A DNA stretch of 64,000 nucleotides. It comes from an uncultured Spirochaetota bacterium (GTDB taxonomy: Bacteria > Spirochaetota > Brevinematia > Brevinematales > JAOACQ01). Position 1 is the first letter of the stretch, and each line of letters begins with the position of its first letter. The DNA lies in contig CAWIGG010000002.1 of the NCBI GenBank assembly GCA_963835575.1, positions 1,376,001 to 1,440,000 on the forward strand, read 5' to 3'. Positions 1-9,800 of the stretch are shown here, piece by piece. A program made the position numbers and the translations under genes. Below the pieces are notes generated by a model that saw only the letters and a list, made by a program, of their open reading frames with translations, was not told the DNA's origin and searched no databases.

Positions 1-3000
1 ATGTTCATCAGCCCCATTCCTGTCAGATTGGAAATAAAAAGTGAAATGGATTTTACCTCATTCGCTCAGTATGTACTAAAAGAATGGTATTTATATCTCA
101 AACATCAAAAATATCCGTATGAGCTGCTTTTAAAGGAATTCCGCGACAGACACAAATTGGCTGAAAATCTGTATGATGTCACTATGTCCTATCAAAACGC
201 AAAATTTACCGTCGGCAAATATGTGGAGGAATATACGGCACGCTGGCATCCCTATCATCACCAGCCTGAATTATTGAATATACATATTAACGACCGTGAG
301 GATAACAATCAATTCATTATTAATATTGATTATCTTAAAGAACTCTTCACACCTTCTGAAATAGAAGAATTGTATCAACATATGTTAAATCTTATGAATG
401 ACGCTATTGAAAACCCCGATAAAAAAACCTGCGATCTGGAGATGCTCTCTGAATCCGAAAAAAAACAGCTTTTATTTGATTTTAATAATACTGAGGCATA
501 TTATCCAAAACGTAAAACAATACACCAGTTATTTGAGGAATGCGCCGATAAAAACCCGGATCATACCGCTGTGGTTTTTGAAAACCAGGAATTGACATAC
601 CGTGAGCTGGACAACAGGGCAAATCAACTGGCGCAATATCTATTGACTGAGAATAATATTCAGCCGGAAATGCCTGTAGGGATTTTAACAGATAATTCCT
701 TATTCCAGGTCATAGCCATCCTGGGAATATTGAAAACCGGAGGCGCTTATATTCCAATTTTTCCAGATAATCCGGAAGAACGGATAAAAATGATTGTCAA
801 TGATTCCTCCATCAGTATTCTGGTTTCCACAAAAGCATTTATCGGAATTTTAAACTCTCTGCAGGAGGATTGCCCCTCTTTTAAAGCCTATTTATGTCTG
901 GATGATGAAAATGATAATACTGATATACTGTCAATAAAGAAAAAATCAGTAAATAATGATAAGAAAATAAAAATTCGGCATGGACTTAAAGAGTTAAACC
1001 GGTTTAATTTTGACAGGCCTTCGGTAAAACTAAACCTTAATAATTTGGCATATATAATTTATACATCAGGCACAACCGGCAATCCGAAAGGCGTCATGAT
1101 TGAGCACAAAAGCATTTCCAGAACCATCCAGTGGAGAAGTCGGGAATACAAGCTGGGCCAGAAAGACGTTATCCTCCAGCTTTTTTCCTATTCGTTTGAC
1201 GGTTTTTTAACCAGCTTTTTTACTCCCATTATATCCGGTTCAAAAGTATTTCTTTTAAATAATTCCGAAGTCAAGGACCCCTTATGCATAAAAGAATATA
1301 TTGCCGCAAAAAAAATCACGCATTTTATCATAATACCAACTTTATTCTCGGCTCTTTTGGATTTATTGACCCGTGAAGAAACACAATATTTAAAAATTGT
1401 CACCCTCGCCGGTGAAAAAACAAATCCTTCCTTAATTAACAAATTTAAAGAAAAAAAATTCCATTTTGAATTAGTAAATGAATACGGCCCCACAGAAAAC
1501 TCAGTCGTTTCAACCATCTTAAGAAATATGCAAAGTGCGGACAATATAACAATAGGGAAACCCGTTGCAGATACTAATATTTATATTTTAAACCGTTATA
1601 ATCAATTACAGCCTATAGGATTGGCCGGAGAGTTGTGCCTGTCGGGAAAGCGCCTTGCCAGGGATTATTTAAACCGTCCAGAATTGTCAGCCGATAAATT
1701 TATTCCCAATCCGTACAGGAAGAATGAAAGACTGTATAAAACCGGAGACCAGGTACAATGGCGCAGCGATGGAAATATCGAGTATCTGGGAAGGATTGAT
1801 AACCAGGTGAAATTAAGGGGTTTCAGGATAGAATTGGAGGAAATAGAAAACCAATTGTTAAAGAATGAAAATGTTAATGAGACGGCTGTTATTGCTGTTG
1901 AAAATAATGCCGGAGAAACGTCTCTCATCGCCTATTATGTTTCAAAAAATAATATATCCGCTTCAGAATTAAGAGAATATCTATCCCTTAAACTACCCTA
2001 TTATATGATCCCGGCGAAATTTATTATGGTTGATAATATCCCGAGAACATCCAGCGGTAAAATTGATAATAAAGTACTGGAAATCTCTACGGAAACTCCA
2101 TTAAAAGAAACAAATTATGCCGCACCTGAAAATGAAACAGAAAAAATATTGGTAAAAATCTGGGAAGAAGCTCTGGGTATCGAGAAAATCGGGATAAATG
2201 ACGATTTTTTTGAATTGGGCGGCGATTCCATCAAAGCAATTCAAATCAGTTCCCGCCTTCAGGAATACGGCTTTAAATTAAGAATAAACGAAATGTTCCA
2301 GCATACTACAATTGCGGGGCTCCGGGATGAAATAAACAAATCCCAAGTAAATAAGATTGACGATAATATAATTACCGGAATTGTTGAACTGACTCCAATA
2401 CAGAAATGGTTTTTCCAGAATAAATTCAAAAATAATCATTTTAATCAATCAGTAATGATATTTAACAAAGATGGATTTCTTGATGCGCTCTTAAGAAAAC
2501 TATTCAGTAAAATGACCGAACATCATGATGCCTTACGAATGACCTATAATTACACAAAAGATACAGTCATTCAGCAGAATAGAGGCCTTGAAGAAGCAGA
2601 GTTTTTCACATTAAAACAATTTGATTTAAGAAAAGAACTTGATTTTTCAAAAAAGATCGCAGATGAAGCAAATATTATACAAACCAGTATAGACTTGACG
2701 CATGGACCTTTATTAATGGCCGGATTATTTAAAACGGTATCCGGCGATTATTTGCTTATAGTTATCCATCACCTGGTAGTTGATGGAGTTTCCTGGCGGA
2801 TATTATTGGAAGATTTCATGCGCGGTTATTCACAAGCTCTCAAAAATGAAGATATCCGATTCCAAAATAAAACAACTTCCTTTAAAGAATGGGCCGGCAG
2901 GTTAAAGGAATATTCGGAAGGGTATGAGATACTCAACGAATTAACTTACTGGAAGCAGATTGAAGAGGTTCAAGTAAGACCTCTTCCGGTAGATCATGCC

Positions 3001-4881
3001 GCATCGCAAAACAAATATAAGGATTCTCATTCAATAAATTTAACTTTGTCCGAAACAGAAACGAATCTACTTCTCACAAAGGTCAATAAAGCCTATCAAA
3101 CGGAAATAAACGATATATTGCTGACGGCATTAGGTTTGGCCGTAAAAGAATGGACAGGTGAAAATCTCTGCCTGTTTAATCTGGAGGGACATGGCCGTGA
3201 AGAAATATTAAAAAACCTGGATGTTACAAGAACTGTGGGCTGGTTTACTTCGATTTACCCTGTTTTGCTGAAAATGAACCTGCATGGATTATCTAAACAA
3301 ATAAAATCAGTAAAGGAAAACCTGAGGAATATTCCTAATAAAGGGATCGGTTATGGAATACTGAAGTATCTCACACCGGCAGAAAAAAAGGAAAGACTGG
3401 AATTTACAGTTATTCCTGAAATCGGCTTTCTTTTTTTAGGGGAACTCGGACAGGAAAGTTATATGAAAAATATTTATGATGTATCTCTTGTTCCCGCCAA
3501 GCAATCCATCAGTCCGGATTTTGACAGGCAGTCAAAATTGGAGATCGACAGTATGATTATTTCAAAGAAATTAGTATTTAACTTTAATTACAATAAAAAA
3601 GAATACGATCAAACGACTATTCAAAAATTAGTTGTTAGTTATAAAATGAATTTATTAAAAATAATCAAGCATTGTGTTTCAAAAGAGAGCCGGTTAAAAT
3701 CAATAGAAAGAGTTGATAGTCAATTAAAAATAGAGTATGTTTCAGACAAACTGTATTTCAAGAATGTTATGATAACAGGCTCGACCGGCTTACTGGGCGC
3801 TCATTTATTAAATGAATTAGTAAACACAACCGAAGCCGATATCTATTGTCTGGTACGGGGGGAAAATTTAAAAGATGCCGAAAACAGACTGGTTAAGACA
3901 TTAAAATTTTATTTTAATGATGAATTGGACAAATTATTTAATAATAGAATATTTGTATTAAATGGGGATATTACTCTGGATCGTCTGGGTTTATCTGAGG
4001 CTGATTATAATCAAATCGGCGGAAAAATAGATATTGTTTTTCATACTGCGGCCTTAGTCAAGCATTATGGACAATACACGGAATTTGTGAAGGTGAATGT
4101 ATCTGGAACAGAAAATATAGTCCGGTTTTCAAACAATTTCCATAAGAGAATAATTTATATTTCTACAACCAGGGTTTCGGGAACCTTATTAAAGCAGAAA
4201 ACCGATAACCTTCATTTTACAGAAAACGATTTCGACATCGGTCAGAATTATCAAGAAAGTGTTTATGTGAAAAGCAAATTTGAAGCGGAAAAAATAGTTG
4301 CGGATGCTGTACATACCGGCCTGCAGGCTGTTGTTATGAGAGTCGGAAATCTTACAGGCAGATTTTCGGACGGACTATTTCAACAGAATATAAAAGATAA
4401 TATGAATTATAATGTCATAAAATCCATATTGATACTGGGAGCTATCCCTGAAGAATTATCCGGAATTGACATGGAATTCACCCCAGTTGATTTATGCAGC
4501 AAAGCTATATTGAAAATATCAACAATAAAAGAATCTTATGGGAAAAAATACCATATATTCAACCATCATTACATCACAACCATTAATTTCCTGAATATGA
4601 TAAAAGAATTGAATTATAAAGTGAAAATATTAAAAAAAAGTGGCTTTCAAAATTATATCCGCGACCTTTCTCAAACCGGTGATAAAAAGGAAGAAGTCAA
4701 TTACCTGAAAAATGTTTTTGAATATGAAAAATTACTTGACGACCATTATAAAGTGCAAATTGAATCCGGAATCACACAGGAATTCCTGAAAAGAACCGGT
4801 TTTGAATGGCCTGAAGTTAACAGGGATTATATTTTAAAAATCATTCAATATATGCAGAAGACCGGTTTTTTAAAACCATGA
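1..4881 (+). CDS. NRPS terminal module, 5' partial: C(partial)-A-T-E-thioester reductase
   Basis: A motifs YIIYTSGTTGNPKG, NEYGPTE, LYKTGD, QVKLRGFRIELEEIE; T motif FFELGGDSI; E motifs HHLVVDGVSW, EGHGRE, RTVGWFTS; SDR-type R domain TGSTGLLG, HTAALV, YVKSK. Confidence 0.95.
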   Translation: MFISPIPVRLEIKSEMDFTSFAQYVLKEWYLYLKHQKYPYELLLKEFRDRHKLAENLYDVTMSYQNAKFTVGKYVEEYTARWHPYHHQPELLNIHINDREDNNQFIINIDYLKELFTPSEIEELYQHMLNLMNDAIENPDKKTCDLEMLSESEKKQLLFDFNNTEAYYPKRKTIHQLFEECADKNPDHTAVVFENQELTYRELDNRANQLAQYLLTENNIQPEMPVGILTDNSLFQVIAILGILKTGGAYIPIFPDNPEERIKMIVNDSSISILVSTKAFIGILNSLQEDCPSFKAYLCLDDENDNTDILSIKKKSVNNDKKIKIRHGLKELNRFNFDRPSVKLNLNNLAYIIYTSGTTGNPKGVMIEHKSISRTIQWRSREYKLGQKDVILQLFSYSFDGFLTSFFTPIISGSKVFLLNNSEVKDPLCIKEYIAAKKITHFIIIPTLFSALLDLLTREETQYLKIVTLAGEKTNPSLINKFKEKKFHFELVNEYGPTENSVVSTILRNMQSADNITIGKPVADTNIYILNRYNQLQPIGLAGELCLSGKRLARDYLNRPELSADKFIPNPYRKNERLYKTGDQVQWRSDGNIEYLGRIDNQVKLRGFRIELEEIENQLLKNENVNETAVIAVENNAGETSLIAYYVSKNNISASELREYLSLKLPYYMIPAKFIMVDNIPRTSSGKIDNKVLEISTETPLKETNYAAPENETEKILVKIWEEALGIEKIGINDDFFELGGDSIKAIQISSRLQEYGFKLRINEMFQHTTIAGLRDEINKSQVNKIDDNIITGIVELTPIQKWFFQNKFKNNHFNQSVMIFNKDGFLDALLRKLFSKMTEHHDALRMTYNYTKDTVIQQNRGLEEAEFFTLKQFDLRKELDFSKKIADEANIIQTSIDLTHGPLLMAGLFKTVSGDYLLIVIHHLVVDGVSWRILLEDFMRGYSQALKNEDIRFQNKTTSFKEWAGRLKEYSEGYEILNELTYWKQIEEVQVRPLPVDHAASQNKYKDSHSINLTLSETETNLLLTKVNKAYQTEINDILLTALGLAVKEWTGENLCLFNLEGHGREEILKNLDVTRTVGWFTSIYPVLLKMNLHGLSKQIKSVKENLRNIPNKGIGYGILKYLTPAEKKERLEFTVIPEIGFLFLGELGQESYMKNIYDVSLVPAKQSISPDFDRQSKLEIDSMIISKKLVFNFNYNKKEYDQTTIQKLVVSYKMNLLKIIKHCVSKESRLKSIERVDSQLKIEYVSDKLYFKNVMITGSTGLLGAHLLNELVNTTEADIYCLVRGENLKDAENRLVKTLKFYFNDELDKLFNNRIFVLNGDITLDRLGLSEADYNQIGGKIDIVFHTAALVKHYGQYTEFVKVNVSGTENIVRFSNNFHKRIIYISTTRVSGTLLKQKTDNLHFTENDFDIGQNYQESVYVKSKFEAEKIVADAVHTGLQAVVMRVGNLTGRFSDGLFQQNIKDNMNYNVIKSILILGAIPEELSGIDMEFTPVDLCSKAILKISTIKESYGKKYHIFNHHYITTINFLNMIKELNYKVKILKKSGFQNYIRDLSQTGDKKEEVNYLKNVFEYEKLLDDHYKVQIESGITQEFLKRTGFEWPEVNRDYILKIIQYMQKTGFLKP

Positions 4882-4885
4882 GTTT

Positions 4886-6544
4886 TTAGATATGAATTTG
4901 TTTTACAAACTCTTCTGACGGTATTTTTTTCTCAAAACCAAATCCTGCCGAAATTTCGCTCAAAAGAGAAGCCGCTTCCTGAGCCGAGCCTTTTTTTAAA
5001 AGATTGAGAGTAAGTTTATGCCTTAAACGGAAAATTGCTTTAAGTTTGGAATCTCCCAGACTGATATTGAAATAAGCATTTTCATTTGAATAAGCATAGG
5101 GAATCTCGGTGACCATTTCAAAAAGCTTATAGCAATATTCCAGGGCCTTTTTGGAATTCATTGAATAGTGAGACCAATTTTCCATAATACCCTCGATTTT
5201 CCATTTCAATCGGTATTCGGGTAATGAAAGTTCGCTGACAGGTGAAATAATTAATGGGAAAAGAATATAATTTGTCATCCTGGTTTCTAGGCTGTTCAGA
5301 AATAATGCCGTATTTTTAATTGTAGCCTCATTCTCACCCGGAAATCCGACAATCAATGATAGAAATACGGCAATATTGGCTTTATCCAGAAGCTCAATCC
5401 CCGTTTTTGCGGCTGAAAGGTCCAGTTTTTTATTCATTCTCTCAAGCTGGGATTGGTCTCCGGATTCAAGCCCTATCCATGAAGTCATTAAACCGGATTC
5501 TTTTATCAGATCAATGTTATCACTGTTAATTGATGCCGCCCGCATAAATCCCGACCACATAATGGAGCATTTCAAGTCGATAAAAGCCCCGCAAAGCTCT
5601 TTAGTTCGCTGTTGATTGTATAAACAATTGTCGTCTGTCAGATATAATATATTGGGTTTATTATTTAAATTATTCCTGTTTTTTATCAGTTCAATTTCCT
5701 TTTTTATGCTTTCAACCGACCTTAAAAACAGCTTCGGATACAGGAACCAGAAGTCGCAGAACTTGCATCTATATGGACAACCGATGGAAGTGCGGATGGG
5801 AACTTTGAGCGGAAGATTTTCAACCAGGTCCCACCGTGTAATATCCTCATTATAGTCTACAGTTTCGTTTTCATGCTTTGTAAAAAAAAATATTCCGCTT
5901 TTATCCGGAATTGCAATATTAGGTATATCTGCATACTTCGCTTTTTTTCCTTTATTAAATTCATCCAGCAGGGGAAACAAACTGGAACTGCCATGAGGAG
6001 AAACAATGAGAATATCTGCGGGAATTTCATTTTTGTCGCATGGAAAAAGGACATAATTTTTGTTTTCATCAGACCAATTATTTATTTCGTCAGAGGACTG
6101 AAATTCCCCGTATATGCAGTAGCTTTTCCATAAAAATATACCGCCGATTATTATAAACACATCCGGAAGAGTTTTTCTAACATCTTTGACTAATTCAGAA
6201 AGCGTATCTTTTCTTCTTAATCATGGTCGTTGAAATGCAGCTACAGCCGCCCCTTTTTTTTGCAGTTGTTCCAGAGATTCTTTTTCAGTGTCAGACAATA
6301 GCATAGTGTCATATCCGTGTGAATGAAGGAGCCCTTCCAGATAATAGCCGGCAGAAGGGACTGTTTCCTGAAGGGTGATAAGTCTCTGAGCAGGTATTTT
6401 ATATAAGTCATATGAGTTTTTGCATAGATTAAAAAGAAGCCGGATGCTCAGTTCATCCTGATTGATCTTCGGATTAAATTCCAGATTTATATTATTCATT
6501 TTCGGATCAGAAACAGGAGCGATAATACCTATGATATTCGGCAT
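4886..6544 (-). pseudogene. B12-binding radical SAM protein, interrupted near 6221 (ORFs 6221-6544 and 4886-6160)
   Basis: GCPYRCKFC, LTDDN, IGLESG and IVGFPGE motifs; the two ORFs are in one frame separated by a TGA at 6221-6223; the expected CISTTMI motif lies in a shifted frame. Confidence 0.75.
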
Positions 6545-6838
6545 AATGATATTTTTCCTAATCTATATTAAAAACCATATAAGGCTAAGATCACTTTTTT
6601 AAAAATAATTAATCTTTACTATTGACATTATATTAAAAATTTATTTTTTTAGCAAAAATACCATACGTTTTTTAAACAAATTTAAAATAATTATTAAAAT
6701 CTCTAAAACCCTTGTGTTTTTTCTTGAAATGATTATAATCAATAATGGCTTTAATAAAAGATCATACCATTATTAATTTTTTTATTAGTTAATAATATTT
6801 TCCGATAAATACACTCAAATTTAAATATACAGGTATTT

Positions 6839-9800
6839 ATGGAGAAAGTATTAAATTATACTCTTATCAAACAAATCGGCGAAACCAGTAAATCAACAAT
6901 TTATAAAGCAAAAAAAGATAGTGAAGACAAAACCGTTATCATCAAATCCTTGAATATCAGTTATCCTTCAGCTTCTGAAATAGCCCGGTTCAAGCAGGAA
7001 TTCGAACTGGTCAGGAAACTGGATATTGACGGAATAATTAAAGTCATTGATATACTGGAGTTAAATGATAAATACTACATCATACAGGAAGATACAAACT
7101 ACACTACTTTGAAAGCACTCATTAAAAATAATAAACTCGGCATACGGCAATTCCTTGAAATAGCCGTTCCACTTTCCGATATTCTGGGCAGCATTCATAA
7201 AAACAACATTATTCACAGGAATATAAAACCGCAAAATATCCTGATTGATGAAAAGAAAAAAAAAGTAAAGATAACAAACTTTAATATTGGAAATTTGCTG
7301 ACCCATGAAAACGAGGAGATATATAATCCCTTTGTCATTGAAGAAACGCTGCCTTATATTTCTCCGGAGCAGACCGGCAGAATGAACCGGACTGTTGATT
7401 ACAGAACGGATCTCTATTCTCTCGGCGTTACTTTTTATGAAATGTTGACCGGCAAAACTCCTTTTAAATCATCTGATCCTATGGAGATCATTCATTCGCA
7501 TATCGCGAAAGCTCCTCCAAACCCGGCAAACATCGATCCTGCCATACCTGGGGTTATTTCGGAAATGGTCATTAAATTATTATCAAAGGGCGCGGAAGAA
7601 AGATATCAGAACAGCTTCGGCCTCCATGCGGATTTGCAGGATTGTTTGCATCAGCTTGATAATAAGGGTCAAATCGAGACATTTGAACTGGCAAAAAAGG
7701 ATGTTTCCATAAAATTTAATATACCTCAGGGAATATTCGGAAGAGAGAAAGAGCTTTCAATTCTTATGGACGCATTTAAACGCATCAGCTCCGGAAAAAG
7801 CGAAATCATGCTGGTTTACGGCCAGCCGGGCATTGGGAAATCCCTCCTTATTAACGAAATTCACAAACCCATTGTGGAAAAAAGAGGCTACTTTATTTCG
7901 GGAAAATACGATCAATTCCGGAGGGATGTGCCCTACAGCACTCTTATCCAGGCATTTCAAAGCCTTGTCAGGCAAATAATCTCGGAATCCAGAGAAAAAA
8001 TCAATATATGGAAAGAAATGTTATTAAAAGAACTGGGAAATAACGGCAGGATCATAACAGATGTGATACCGGAGGTCCAGCTTATCATCGGAGAGCAGAA
8101 GGAAATCCCGGTCCTGACGCCGGAGCAATCACAGAAACGGTTTAATATCGTATTCAAAAATTTTATCCGTGTTTTCGCAACAAAAGAACATCCCCTTGTC
8201 CTGTTTTTTGACGACATTCAGTGGGCGGATTACGCGAGTTTATTGTTTATTAAATCGATTATAACAGATCCGGATATTAATTATCTATTATTGATCGGAT
8301 CATACCGGGATACTGATGTCAGTTCTTCCCACCCGTTGATGCTGATCATTGATCAAATTAAAAAGGAAGGTGCAGTTGTTAATAGTTTATCGGTTCCGCC
8401 GTTGGATATTCAATATGTGACTCAATTGATCATGAATTTTATGCGGATCAATGAGAATTTAACCCGCAAACTTTCCGAGCTCATTTATAAAAAAACAAAC
8501 GGCAATCCTTTCTTTGTCAATCAGTTTTTAAAAACCCTTTATGATGAAAATTTAATTGAACTGGATTCTCTTAAAGGGTGGATATGGGACTTGGAAAAAA
8601 TCAACAGGCTGCAGGTAACGGATAATGTTGTGGAGATGATGGCCGGAAAAATTAATAAACTTCCAAAACCAACTCAGGAGATAATAAAAATATGCTCCTG
8701 CATCGGCAACCGCTTCGAACTGGAAACCCTGTCTTCAATATTTGGGAAATCAATAGAAGAAACGCTTCATGACCTTTCTATAGCTATTGAAGAAGGTCTG
8801 GTCTATCTTTACGGCAATTTGTACCGTTTTTATCATGACAGGATTCAGGAAGGCGCTTATTCATTAATTTCTGAAAAGGAAAAAGCGGAACTGCATTACA
8901 GAATAGGAAAATTAACGCTGAAACATACTAAAAAGGAGGACCTCAAGGATAAAATCCTTTACATAGTCGATCAGCTCAACGCGGGGATTAGCTTAATCGC
9001 CTCGGAAGAAGGAAAGTTTGAGACGGCCCAATTGAATTTACAGGCCGGCGTTAAGGCCAAATCAGCGGCGGCTTATGAATCCGCACTCAATTACCTGAGA
9101 ACCGGCATTAAACTGATGGGAGAAGACGGTTGGAAAAAACAATATGATCTGATCCTATCGCTTTATCTTGAAGCAGTGGAATCAGCCTATCTGAGTACTT
9201 ACTATGAGGAAATGGAACGCCTGTCTGAAAAAGCCCTGAAGCATACCCGTTCGCGGCTGGATGAGATCAGAATTTATACAACTCAGATCAATACTCTATT
9301 AGCACAGAACAGATTGGTCGATGCCATTATGACAGGCCTGAAAGTATTGCGGCTGTTAGGCGTCAGATTTCCAATAAAGCCGAATATATTGAATATTTTA
9401 TCCGGTTTTATCAGGACAAAAATCCTTTTAGCCGGTAAAAAGATAGAAAGTTTACAGGATCTTCCTATGATGATGGATAATAATATTTTATCTATCATGC
9501 GGATTTTGTCCTCGGTATCCTCAGCCGCTTATTTTTCCTTACCGAATTTTCTTTCCTTAATTATTTTTAAATCGATCTTTTTCTCAATTAAATATGGAAA
9601 TTCTTTTATATCTCCGTTCGTTTACGCTGGTTATGGTCTGGCACTCTGCAGTCTGGGTGATATTGATCATGGTTATCAATTTGGAAAATTGGCGTTAAAC
9701 CTGACGGAAAAGATACAACAAAAGGAATATAAATCGAAAACCATCTTCACTGTCAATACTTTTATTAATCACTGGAAAGAACATATCCGGAAAACCATGG

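Noticed and set aside
6221..6223. Selenocysteine or readthrough at the in-frame TGA
   Set aside because: The family motif CISTTMI lies in another frame across this site, which favours paired indels; no SECIS recognised
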